Of a stretch of 64,000 nucleotides of DNA, positions 29,790 through 38,719 are shown one piece after another; the first letter of the stretch is position 1, and every line of letters starts with the position of its first letter. Under the pieces are notes generated by a model, which did no database searches, was not told the DNA's origin, and saw nothing but the letters and a program-made list of their open reading frames with translations. The position numbers and the translations under genes were made by a program. The DNA comes from Candidatus Multivorans sp. (lineage in GTDB: Bacteria; Acidobacteriota; Thermoanaerobaculia; Multivoradales; Multivoraceae), in NCBI GenBank assembly GCA_965224025.1, contig OZ245033.1, positions 1,056,001-1,120,000 on the forward strand. The letters run 5' to 3'.

Positions 29790-29890
29790 GAACTCGGCTC
29801 TCGCTTCGGTCGGCCCCGTTCCCGGATGGGGCTGGTCTGGATCACGGTGACGACTGTCGCTGCCGACAGCGTTGGGGACTCTCCCCTAGG
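29790..29890 (+). repeat. Partial/degenerate copy of the ~192-bp element (internal core only)
   Basis: CTCGCTTCGGTCGGC and GTCGCTGCCGACAGC at 55-bp spacing, versus 56 bp in copy 1. Confidence 0.55.
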
Positions 29891-30006
29891 GATTTCTGCC
29901 GGCGAGCTTGCGGCAGGGACGCTCTCGCGCGCGGAACAGGTGGCCGCCACGGGTGATCGTCAGAGGCGGCTCGGATGACGTCCTGCAGGAACTGATCCCG
30001 GCTCGC

Positions 30007-32922
30007 TTATGGCCCACCGGTCCGCGGGCGCGTGGACTTTCCGCCATGCACCGTCGGCTCGGCGCACCACTGCCTGCGGAGCAGGTCGAGGGGTTCCATC
30101 GCGTCATCGGGCAGTCCGAGGAGATCCACGAGCACAGCGCGGTCAAGTGCCTGACGGGTTTCGTCGCGGTAGGCCTCGTTGGCGGGGAGAAACTCCCGGT
30201 CGCAGAAGTCGGCGAAGAGGTGTACGGAGGCGGCGTGTTGGGCGTCGGTCAGGCGGCGCGGGTCGAGGACGGGGAGGTCCGGGAGCGTCGAGAGGGTGAG
30301 GATGGCGCGGCCCTGTTGCTGGCGGGCGCCGAGCCACCAGAAGGACATTAGGCCGAGCGTGGTGTTGGACCAGAGGACGACAGGCGTTTCCCAGCGCTCG
30401 TCGTGGAGCTTGAAGTTAGGCCAGGCTCGGCCGCCGAGCGTCTTTCCGGGCGTCAGGCAGGCGGCGAGCGGCTGGGAGTTGAGACGGAAGTCCAGGTTGA
30501 AGTGCAGCTTAGTGGCGTGGCGGCGCCATGCTCTCACCGCACGCTCGCCGCAGTCGGGGCGTGGTTCCGCCCGGCAGTCCGGCTGCACGGTCAAGCGGCT
30601 TTCCCGTGATGCGTCGTGGCCCCACAGCGTCGGGTACGTGGGTACTGCCCCGTGGATGGTCGGGAGGATGTCGAATGGACCCCTGGGCGGCGTGCGTTCA
30701 GGATCGCCGTTGATGTCTCGGTGGAGTAATCCCCGACTGCCGATCTCGGAGAGCGGGACCACCGGGACCATAGCTTCCTCGTTCCGCCGGGGGAGCTTCA
30801 GCCGTCCCTTCGGCAAGGCCAGCATGGTCTGGGCGAGCCCGGCTTCCAGGATGCCCCAGGCGCCCCCGTTCTGAAGCTCCGTGCGGACGAAGACGCCGGC
30901 TTCATCTGCGTCCGTCAGAGGGATTCGTCCGGTCGATAGCATCGTTCGCTTGGCGGCGACCTCGTCGATGCGACGAGCGACGGAGACCGCTTCGAGGATC
31001 GAGCGCGGCCGTTGCCTGAGGTTCGTGAACAGTGTGTCGGACCTCCCGCTGCCGGTCTTTCTGGCCACGACGAGGACTTCTGCCATGCCTGTGTCGGCAG
31101 AGAAAGCGCGTCCCGACTGACCCGTATCGGCTATGGAGACGACCGTGAGTCCTTGGTAGCGGCCCGCGAACAGGTCGCGAGCGTTCCGCCAAGAACCGCC
31201 CTGCACGAAGGCTGCCGGCAGGACGAATGCCGCGACCCCGCCGGGCCGCAGCTTGGCGTGTGCCAGATCAACGAAGTTGGATGCCAAGCCTGCGTTGCCG
31301 TGGCCGGCTGGTTCGGCGAGCGCCCTCCTGTACTCGGCGAGCCGCCTTGACATCACCGCCTGTTCGCTCCTGCTCGTCGCGAAGCCCGCGAACGAGGGCA
31401 CGGGCACGGTCGTGCTCTCGTGGTTCGTCGGCCTGGTGAAAGGAGGGTTCATGATGACCAGGTCGAAGCCGCGGTCCGGCGCATCGACGTCGCGAAGCTG
31501 CTCCCGATCCCCGCCGGCGCCGCGGACCTGGGCCGCTCCCGTGCCGAACAACGGCAGCACGGGGTCGGACGACAGCAAGTCGAGTGAGCCGATGGCATGG
31601 GCTCGACCGCTGCCTTCGGGTTGTGCACCGTAGGGCATGGTGTAGATGCGGGTGTCATCGAAGGTCGCGTTGGGATGCACGCTCGACACGATGGACGCGG
31701 TGAGGTGCGTTGCCGCAGGCATGATGTCGGCGCCGAGCAGGACGCGCTCCATCATCGCGGCGTGCAGGGCCCGGTCGTCCCCGCCGGCGCGGCGATGCCG
31801 TGCGGCGACGCGATGGTAGGCGGCGGACAGCAGAGCACCGGTCCCGCAGGCGAAGTCGGCGATCCGCAGGCGGAGCACGTCGTCGGCGCTTGCCCAGTCG
31901 ACCTCGAGACGGTCGACCGCCAGTTCGGCTAGCAAAGTGGCGCTCGAGGGGAGGGTGTAAAAGGTGGCGAGGAACTTTCGGTCGGCGATCAGCCGCTGGA
32001 ACATGACTCCCGAGAGATCGTTCAGGGTCGTCGTGCCGATGTCCGCCAGTTCCGCGGCGGTCGCGATCAGACGGTCCAGGATCCCTGCCGCGTCGCGATC
32101 CGGGATCCTCTTCAACAGGTCGCGCGCGACCTTGAAGATCGGCCAGTAGTTGATCGTCAGCACATGCCGCCAACTGTCGAGGACCTTGATCTTCGACGCC
32201 TTTCCCCGCGCGCCGCGCAGGGAGCTGGGGTCCTCGATGTCGTGGTCGCCGGCGATGGCGGTCTGGAAGATGAAGGCGTTGAGCAGGATCGCCATCGCCA
32301 TCCGGGTGGTCTGCTCTCCTTCCTCCTGGCGCAGGCAGTCGGCTACGCTTCGCGGGACTTCCGGGCTTCGGTCGCGTGTCGTGGCCTGGAGCGTGCGCGC
32401 CGTGTTCAGAACGGCTCGTTCGAGAATCTCGGCGCCGCGGTCGATTCGCTGTTCGGACAGCGAGATCTGCTCGATGCAGTCCGCCAGTTCGTCGATTCCG
32501 CCGCGTAGCCAGCCGGAGCGCGGCCATCTGCGGACCGGGTCGCCGGGCAGGCGCGTCCCGGAGAAGGTGCAGAACAGAAAGGTTCCTGCCCGGATGCCGT
32601 CCAGGAGGTCGCCGGACCCTTCGCCGAGTTGACCGGGAATGCGAACCGCTACGGCCGCCTCCATGAGTTCGCCCTCGGGTTCCAGGATTCTCCCCAGCCG
32701 GTTTCGCGCGTCGGCCTCTACCGTCCTTGCGGGTTCGTACTCCGTCTCGATGACGACAGCCATGCCTCCCGGATGGCGAACGATGATGTCCGGCTGGGCG
32801 CCGGCGCTGTCCCGGAGGACGCCGGTCTGTTCGGCGCTGACGGCGGTCTTCCAGCGTGGATGCTTGCTCCGAAGAACGCTTGCCAGTGCGCCGTTGAAGG
32901 CGGTTTCGACGGTGCGGGGCAT
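30007..32922 (-). CDS. Single-chain type IIG-like restriction-modification enzyme (nuclease-like N-term, N6-adenine MTase, TRD)
   Basis: PDIIV...IETE, FYT, DFACGTGALL (motif I), MNPPF (motif IV). Confidence 0.8.
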   Translation of the reverse strand: MPRTVETAFNGALASVLRSKHPRWKTAVSAEQTGVLRDSAGAQPDIIVRHPGGMAVVIETEYEPARTVEADARNRLGRILEPEGELMEAAVAVRIPGQLGEGSGDLLDGIRAGTFLFCTFSGTRLPGDPVRRWPRSGWLRGGIDELADCIEQISLSEQRIDRGAEILERAVLNTARTLQATTRDRSPEVPRSVADCLRQEEGEQTTRMAMAILLNAFIFQTAIAGDHDIEDPSSLRGARGKASKIKVLDSWRHVLTINYWPIFKVARDLLKRIPDRDAAGILDRLIATAAELADIGTTTLNDLSGVMFQRLIADRKFLATFYTLPSSATLLAELAVDRLEVDWASADDVLRLRIADFACGTGALLSAAYHRVAARHRRAGGDDRALHAAMMERVLLGADIMPAATHLTASIVSSVHPNATFDDTRIYTMPYGAQPEGSGRAHAIGSLDLLSSDPVLPLFGTGAAQVRGAGGDREQLRDVDAPDRGFDLVIMNPPFTRPTNHESTTVPVPSFAGFATSRSEQAVMSRRLAEYRRALAEPAGHGNAGLASNFVDLAHAKLRPGGVAAFVLPAAFVQGGSWRNARDLFAGRYQGLTVVSIADTGQSGRAFSADTGMAEVLVVARKTGSGRSDTLFTNLRQRPRSILEAVSVARRIDEVAAKRTMLSTGRIPLTDADEAGVFVRTELQNGGAWGILEAGLAQTMLALPKGRLKLPRRNEEAMVPVVPLSEIGSRGLLHRDINGDPERTPPRGPFDILPTIHGAVPTYPTLWGHDASRESRLTVQPDCRAEPRPDCGERAVRAWRRHATKLHFNLDFRLNSQPLAACLTPGKTLGGRAWPNFKLHDERWETPVVLWSNTTLGLMSFWWLGARQQQGRAILTLSTLPDLPVLDPRRLTDAQHAASVHLFADFCDREFLPANEAYRDETRQALDRAVLVDLLGLPDDAMEPLDLLRRQWCAEPTVHGGKSTRPRTGGP

Positions 32923-32943
32923 GAGGAGTCGGAGGGGGGCTTC

Positions 32944-33627
32944 CTAGTCCAGGTCCGGGGCTTCTCCGACGGTCAGGATGCGTGGCGGTTCGGTCCAAGG
33001 ATACAGGTCCATGTCGAACCGGCGGAGCCACTTCAACTCGGAGCATCGGATCGCAAGCGCGAGTCGCTGCCACCGCTCATTGACGACCCGACCGTAGCTG
33101 GTGGTCAGGCGCAGCTGCTGATCGCTGTCCCTGTAGCCGCTGAGCAGCGGCACGAGGAGGATGCCTGTGTCGCTGCCGTCATCGGCAGTGCTGCTCTTGA
33201 TGATGAACCCCAAGTACGTTTTGCCGCTCGGAAAGGCGACTTCGATGAGACTGCCGTCATCGAAGGTGTCGCAGATGAGCTGGTCAACGAGGTCGCCTTT
33301 CTTGTCCGCCAGTCGCCGCCGAGCGCGGAGGGGCTTGTACCACCAGTTCAGGGGCACCGGCGCCAGCGCCGCGAGGAGCAAGCTGCCGACTGCCGCGCCG
33401 CTCACCTGTAACGCTGACCACCCCGGCAGGAGATCGAGCCAGCTATACAGGCTAGGGCACAACTGCCCAGCGACAGCAGCCACCAGATAGAGAGCCAGTC
33501 CGACCAATGTCGCCCTGAAGACGACGTGGTAGCCGGATTCTCGCCGGAGACCGAACTTCCAGATGTTCGTCAAGCGCAGGAGTAGGTACCCGGCGAGAGC
33601 CGGGACGAAGAACTCCCAAGCAGGCAC
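32944..33627 (-). CDS. Hypothetical membrane protein (3 TM plus C-terminal GKTYLG...PLLSGYR domain)
   Basis: Hydrophobic N-half, soluble C-half; directly upstream of the R-M gene. Confidence 0.65.
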   Translation of the reverse strand: MPAWEFFVPALAGYLLLRLTNIWKFGLRRESGYHVVFRATLVGLALYLVAAVAGQLCPSLYSWLDLLPGWSALQVSGAAVGSLLLAALAPVPLNWWYKPLRARRRLADKKGDLVDQLICDTFDDGSLIEVAFPSGKTYLGFIIKSSTADDGSDTGILLVPLLSGYRDSDQQLRLTTSYGRVVNERWQRLALAIRCSELKWLRRFDMDLYPWTEPPRILTVGEAPDLD

Positions 33628-33867
33628 TTATTCGAGCTTCCGCTTCCGCTCGGACTCCCCGCCGTCGCCCGTCTCCGCGACCTCGATACCCCGGTTGACG
33701 CTTGAGATTGTCTTCTGCACTCGCTTGCTCGCGAGGAAATCGCCGACGTTCTCGACGTAGAGAGCCCCGGATCCAGTCACCCTGAGTCGGTCGCCGTTCG
33801 CCCTCTCGCTGCTGTCGTTCTTCTGGTTTTGGGCGTCGGTCTCCTTCGGCAATGCGTCTACAGACAC
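33628..33867 (-). CDS. Small hypothetical protein
   Basis: 79 aa; stop abuts the start of the next gene (0-bp gap). Confidence 0.55.
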   Translation of the reverse strand: MSVDALPKETDAQNQKNDSSERANGDRLRVTGSGALYVENVGDFLASKRVQKTISSVNRGIEVAETGDGGESERKRKLE

Positions 33868-34071
33868 AGGCCTGGAACTACACTTCCCGACCGGCTGGGT
33901 TCCGTGGGGATCGGCTGCACGATGGTTCCTCCGGTTGTGGATCGGGTTCAGCGGAATTCTGTGCGGAAAACTTAGCCCATAAGCTGTCGACTTTCAACCT
34001 GCTGTCGGGACCGGTCAGGGACCGGTCACCGCCAGCCCTACGGTGACTTGACCCGGAGGACCGGTGGACAC

Positions 34072-36294
34072 CTACCGAGAGTCGCTCGGCCGGTAGGCCC
34101 GGGCCGTGTGGGCCTCCACGTCCTCCCAGTACAGCCATGCCGGCTTGAACCGCCTTTCCGAGAGCAGGCGGGCCTGGTCGAAGAAGTGCGGCGACTCGGG
34201 GCGATGGCTCTGGCCGTAGTGCAGGTAGCTCGCTCCGCGGGTCTTCTCGCCGAACTCGTAGACGGCCATGTAGGAGGCGCCGGTGGCGGCGTAGCGCAGC
34301 TTGCGCACCTCGCCGTTCTCGAGCGTGGTGGGCGGCGAGTGGTACAGCGTAAACGCTACGCCGAGCGGGCCCCGGACGCCGGCGAGCGGCAGGCTCGGCT
34401 CGTCGTCCGAGAAGGGAACGCCTGAGGCTGAGGGCTGGTTCGCGTGGCGCTGGATGCGGTGGATGTCGCCGTAGGGGACGCGCCAGTCGCCGTAGAACTC
34501 GGTGAGCTTCGAAGCGGCTTGCTCCAGGGCCAGGAAGCGTGCTGCCATGTCGCGCACGTACTCGGGCTTGAGGGTTTCGACCGGATAGCCGCGGCCGTAG
34601 AGCTCCTCGTACCAGCCGACCGCCAGGGTCGTCTGCGTGGATGCGAGCGAGCTCTTGAAGTCCCAGTCCAGCAGGTGCTCGAGGTAGGGGCGGACGCGGG
34701 CGGCGAGTTCCGGGTCCGTGCCTTCGAGCTGCTCGAGCCTGCGCGCATATCCGGGCAGCTTGGTCATCGGCCAGTAGAGGGTCGTGTCGTAGGCGAGCGC
34801 CTGGAAGTCCTCGAAGGTGATGTCGCGGGCGTTGCGGAGCAGGTAGCGGGCCATCTTCGCGCGGCGCTTGTCGTCGTGCTTGTCCTCGACCATGTAGGGC
34901 GGGAAGTCGAGCAGCGACGGGTTGCCGTCGTCGGTGGTCGTGAACGGCGTCGAGTTGCAGTTCTGGACGTATCCGGACGGCGGGTTGAGGACCTGCGGCA
35001 GTTCGTCGATGGGGTGGAACGGACCCCACTCGTTGTTCGGGTCGGCGCCGTCGACGGGTTTGGTCCAGTCGACCGACGGATCACGGCGGGCTACGGCGCC
35101 GTTGTAGAGGTAGAAGATGTTGCCGTCGGCGTCCGCGTAGGTCGTGTTGAAGGTCTGCAGCAGTTGCATGGACACCGCGGCGTACCACTCCTCGAAACTG
35201 CGCGCCTTGGCCTGCGCCAGCGCCTGGACCATGCGGCTGCCTTCGTAGAGGCGCGGTACGCGGACGGCCAGGTAGTGCCGGTCGTCCTCCCTGGCAATGA
35301 TCGGGCCGTAGCGCGACCGCCGGAGGACGACCTCGCGCGGCACAAGCGCGTCGCCCTCGCGGACGTGGATCGTGGAGCTCCATTCCTCGGCGTCGCGATA
35401 GCCGTCGCCGTAGCGGTACTTGAGAGGGTCGGTCGGGTGGTCGAAGGTCAGGCGGTAGGTGTCCGAGATGTCGGCGGCGTTCACGGTGTATGCCCAGCCC
35501 AGCCGCTCGTTGAATCCGGCGGTAGGCAACGGACCGCCCGGGTACATGGCGCCCGAGAAGTTGAGCCCCTCGTCGCTCACGACGTGCATCTCCGTGAACA
35601 TCCCCGAGCCGTACCAGGGCTGGTGGGGATTGATGAAGAGCATCGCGTTGCCGTCGCGCGTCTTCGACGGGGCGACGGCCCACTGGTTCGAGCCCAGCGA
35701 CGCGGCGAGTTCCTCCGCCAGACGAGGGAGCCTGCCGCGCGGCGCGTGGGCGGCGCCGAGCAGCCGGCCGAGGATCATGTAGCGCTCGAAGGCCAGCACG
35801 TGGAAGGGCTCCATGCGCGTCAGCAGGCGCGGCTTCTCGTCCGGGTGCTTCGCCAGGTAGTCGTTGTAGCCGGCCGCGAAGCCTTCGGCGATGCGCTGGA
35901 TGTTCTCGGGCAGGGTGGCGAAGTCGCGGCGCGAGGTCTCGACCAGGTCGAAGAGCGCCACCTCCAGGTCGCTGCGGAACCCGGACACGCCGACGACCTC
36001 CGCGTAGCGCCCGAGCGCCTTGATGTAGGTGTCCTCGAGCTGGAAGAAGTGGTCCTCGCACTGCGCCCACGCGGAGCCGAAGGCGACCGCGGCGTCGGTG
36101 GACCCTCTGATGTGCGGCACTCCCCACTCGTCGCGGTGAATGACGACGTCGGCGGCCCAGTCGGGCGTGCCCTGGGCGCCGGTAGCGGCCGCCGGTCTCT
36201 CTTGTGCGGTTTCGGTGTCGACCGCGCAGCCGATGGCCGCGAGCGAAAGGGCCGCTGCAGCGATTCGCCTCGTCCAGGGGTGTCTCAAGCGCAT
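34072..36294 (-). CDS. Penicillin acylase family (Ntn-hydrolase S45) probable lipoprotein
   Basis: RDEWGVPHI, GSNQWAV nucleophile, NPHQ, lipobox-like AAIGC. Confidence 0.9.
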   Translation of the reverse strand: MRLRHPWTRRIAAAALSLAAIGCAVDTETAQERPAAATGAQGTPDWAADVVIHRDEWGVPHIRGSTDAAVAFGSAWAQCEDHFFQLEDTYIKALGRYAEVVGVSGFRSDLEVALFDLVETSRRDFATLPENIQRIAEGFAAGYNDYLAKHPDEKPRLLTRMEPFHVLAFERYMILGRLLGAAHAPRGRLPRLAEELAASLGSNQWAVAPSKTRDGNAMLFINPHQPWYGSGMFTEMHVVSDEGLNFSGAMYPGGPLPTAGFNERLGWAYTVNAADISDTYRLTFDHPTDPLKYRYGDGYRDAEEWSSTIHVREGDALVPREVVLRRSRYGPIIAREDDRHYLAVRVPRLYEGSRMVQALAQAKARSFEEWYAAVSMQLLQTFNTTYADADGNIFYLYNGAVARRDPSVDWTKPVDGADPNNEWGPFHPIDELPQVLNPPSGYVQNCNSTPFTTTDDGNPSLLDFPPYMVEDKHDDKRRAKMARYLLRNARDITFEDFQALAYDTTLYWPMTKLPGYARRLEQLEGTDPELAARVRPYLEHLLDWDFKSSLASTQTTLAVGWYEELYGRGYPVETLKPEYVRDMAARFLALEQAASKLTEFYGDWRVPYGDIHRIQRHANQPSASGVPFSDDEPSLPLAGVRGPLGVAFTLYHSPPTTLENGEVRKLRYAATGASYMAVYEFGEKTRGASYLHYGQSHRPESPHFFDQARLLSERRFKPAWLYWEDVEAHTARAYRPSDSR

Positions 36295-36329
36295 CGGGCG
36301 GGCGAGTATCGCATGCGGCGCCTCCCTGC

Positions 36330-36728
36330 TCAGTCGGTTGCCCGGAGCCGCCGAATCTGCCCGGGCCAATCGAGCAACTTGCGGTCGGCCGTCACCAGGC
36401 GGTGGCCGGTCAGGGCTGTGGCGACGATGATCCGGTCGGCCGGGTCACCGTGCAGGTCGGTGAGGAGGCCCGCCCGCAACGCGATGTCGCCGTCCACCGG
36501 GATCTCATTCAGGCCGTGAAGAAGGAGGTATCGGCGTAGCACCTCCACAGCCAGGTCGATCTCGACACGGCCTTTCCTGAGCAGGGTCGCGATCTCCAAG
36601 AACGAGACCGCGGACACCGCGGCGTCGCCAGAGACGAAAGCCTCGTCGACTGCACAATGAGTGCCGGCCCCGAGGCGCCGATCGCGCATGGTCAGCCAGA
36701 GGAGAACGTGCGTGTCGAGGAGCAGCAC
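36330..36728 (-). CDS. vapC: VapC PIN-domain toxin
   Basis: LLLDTHVLLW, SAVSFLEI, HGDPADRIIVATA, LVTAD. Confidence 0.92.
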   Translation of the reverse strand: MLLLDTHVLLWLTMRDRRLGAGTHCAVDEAFVSGDAAVSAVSFLEIATLLRKGRVEIDLAVEVLRRYLLLHGLNEIPVDGDIALRAGLLTDLHGDPADRIIVATALTGHRLVTADRKLLDWPGQIRRLRATD

Positions 36729-36740
36729 GGCGCCTCTTGC

Positions 36741-37004
36741 TCAATCGGGATCTTCGCCCCGAATGAGGGCGATTGTACGCTCTTCGTCCCACTCGTCCAA
36801 CACAGGAGACATGATGTCGCCCAGGATCCGGATCTCGCCCGCGAAGCAGCCGTAGAGGCTCTTCGGCCGTTCCCGGTACGGCACCAGCCGCGACACGGGC
36901 TTGCCGTTCTTGGTGATGACCACCCCGGCGCCGCTCTCGGCGACTTCGTCCATCAGCTTGAGGCAGGTGGCCTTGAATTCCGACGCCTTGATCGTCCGTT
37001 CCAT
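36741..37004 (-). CDS. Phd/YefM-family antitoxin
   Basis: IKASEFKATCLKLMDEV...ITKNGKPVSRLVP. Confidence 0.92.
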   Translation of the reverse strand: MERTIKASEFKATCLKLMDEVAESGAGVVITKNGKPVSRLVPYRERPKSLYGCFAGEIRILGDIMSPVLDEWDEERTIALIRGEDPD

Positions 37005-37028
37005 GGTGCCGCTCACAGTATCACGGAT

Positions 37029-37044
37029 CATGGTCATGACCATG
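37029..37044. promoter_or_regulatory. Putative TA autoregulatory operator
   Basis: Perfect 16-bp palindrome CATGGTCATGACCATG 25 bp upstream of the antitoxin start. Confidence 0.65.
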
Positions 37045-37060
37045 GTCGCTAGAGCTCCGG

Positions 37061-37510
37061 CTACGTACCTTCCCCCGGCCGCGGCCCAAGGCTGGCCAGG
37101 AAGTCGGCGGCGCTACGGTGCCTGAGCCGCGAGCCGACGACGAGCCAAGCGAGCAGAATCAGGATGAAGCCGCTCCCAGCCAGATTCGGGGACGTCCCCG
37201 GGAGCAGCGGCCACGCGAGCATGGCCAGTACGCCCAGGGCGCCGAGCGCGAGGATGCCCACGGCGGCGGCGTTGGTCGAGTACTCGGAGCGTTCGACGTG
37301 GAAGAGAACGTGGACGCCGGCCGCGGTCGACCGCACCGAAACCGAGCCGTGCAACACGCCGTAGCGGAGACCGGCCGGAACCGGGAGGGTCAGTTGGCCT
37401 CCGGCGCCCCGCTGGCGCCAGGTCCCGTTCCAGGCGTCGGCGCCGTCGGAGAGCGCCTCCAGAGCTTCTTCGGGAGTCAGCTCCAACTCGATCTCATACT
37501 GTGGAAGCAC
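37061..37510 (-). CDS. Hypothetical membrane protein
   Basis: Two C-terminal TM helices; follows dusB. Confidence 0.6.
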   Translation of the reverse strand: MLPQYEIELELTPEEALEALSDGADAWNGTWRQRGAGGQLTLPVPAGLRYGVLHGSVSVRSTAAGVHVLFHVERSEYSTNAAAVGILALGALGVLAMLAWPLLPGTSPNLAGSGFILILLAWLVVGSRLRHRSAADFLASLGPRPGEGT

Positions 37511-37516
37511 GCTCCC

Positions 37517-38548
37517 CTACGCGGCCAGGTCGTCGAGCTGCTGGTGGAAGAAGTCCTCCACGGCGACCAGGAACTTCTCCACGGTGTCGAGCTGCTGGAT
37601 TTGCTGGCGCAGACGCTTGCCGTTGGGCAAGCCGTGAGTGTACCAGCCCGTGAACTTGCGGAGCTTGTGTAGGGCGAATCGGTTCGCTTCACGTTCCGCC
37701 ACCATGTGGAAATGACCCAGGATCAGGTCGCGCCGGTCGATCAGGGTCGGCGCCGGCGCCTCCTCACCGAGCAGGTGGCTCGTGATCTGGTGGAAGATCC
37801 ACGGGTTCCGCGTCGCGCCCCGGCCGATCATCACGCCGTCGCAGCCCGTCTGCCGGAGCAGGCGCTCGGCATCCTCGGGAACCACGATGTCGCCGTTGCC
37901 GATCACCGGAATGGAGAGGGTCTCCTTGAGCCGGGCGAGGTGGGTCCAGTCCGCTTCGCCGCGGAACATCTGCTTCGCGGTCCGGGCGTGCATCGCGACG
38001 GCGTCGGCCCCCAGGTCCTCGCAGAGCCGGCCCAGGTCGAGGTAGTTGGCGCGCCCGTGGTCCAGGCCCAGCCGGAACTTGACCGTCAGCGGAATGCGGA
38101 TGCGGCGGCGCACCTCGCTCACGATGCGGCCGGCGAGGTCGAGATCGCCCATCAGTGCGGCGCCGGCGCAGCCCTTGAGCACCTTGTTGGCGGGACAGCC
38201 CATGTTGATGTCGCAGATGTCGGCGCCCAGCGCTTCGACGACCTCGGCGGCCTCCGCCATGGTCTCCGCGTCGGCGCCGTAGATCTGGATCGCCAACGGA
38301 CGCTCTTCTTCGGAGAAGAACATCAGGTCTCGCGTGTGCTGGTTGCCGTCGACGATGGCCCGCGAGGAGATGAACTCCATCGACACCAGGCCGATGCCGC
38401 CGATGCGGCGCACGATCAACCGGAAGTCCCGGTCAGTGACGCCGGCCATCGGCGCCAGGAACAGCGGCGGGTCGATGGTCACCGCCCGCTCGCCCTGGCC
38501 GAGGACGATCGGCTCGAGCGGCGGCATCGCTGGCGAGGGCGTAGTCAT
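37517..38548 (-). CDS. dusB: tRNA-dihydrouridine synthase DusB
   Basis: LAPMAGVTD, DINMGCP, HARTA, IGNGDI, MIGRG. Confidence 0.93.
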   Translation of the reverse strand: MTTPSPAMPPLEPIVLGQGERAVTIDPPLFLAPMAGVTDRDFRLIVRRIGGIGLVSMEFISSRAIVDGNQHTRDLMFFSEEERPLAIQIYGADAETMAEAAEVVEALGADICDINMGCPANKVLKGCAGAALMGDLDLAGRIVSEVRRRIRIPLTVKFRLGLDHGRANYLDLGRLCEDLGADAVAMHARTAKQMFRGEADWTHLARLKETLSIPVIGNGDIVVPEDAERLLRQTGCDGVMIGRGATRNPWIFHQITSHLLGEEAPAPTLIDRRDLILGHFHMVAEREANRFALHKLRKFTGWYTHGLPNGKRLRQQIQQLDTVEKFLVAVEDFFHQQLDDLAA

Positions 38549-38719
38549 GGCGCCGATTCTACGCCCGTGTTGCCACTGCGGGGTCCGGTGTCGTGCAAGG
38601 CTGGGAGCTTGCGCCGCGGAACGACACGGGTGAGATCTGCGGGGAGAGCTGCTGGCGAGGATGGGTCGGGCCGGAATGCCTAGGACAGCCGAGGCATTCC
38701 GGGGCTAGGATCAGCCGCC

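Noticed and set aside
19337-37050. Prophage or ICE integrated at ssrA
   Set aside because: No integrase, phage or conjugation genes and no short 3' att fragment; the defence genes lie on the 5' side of ssrA
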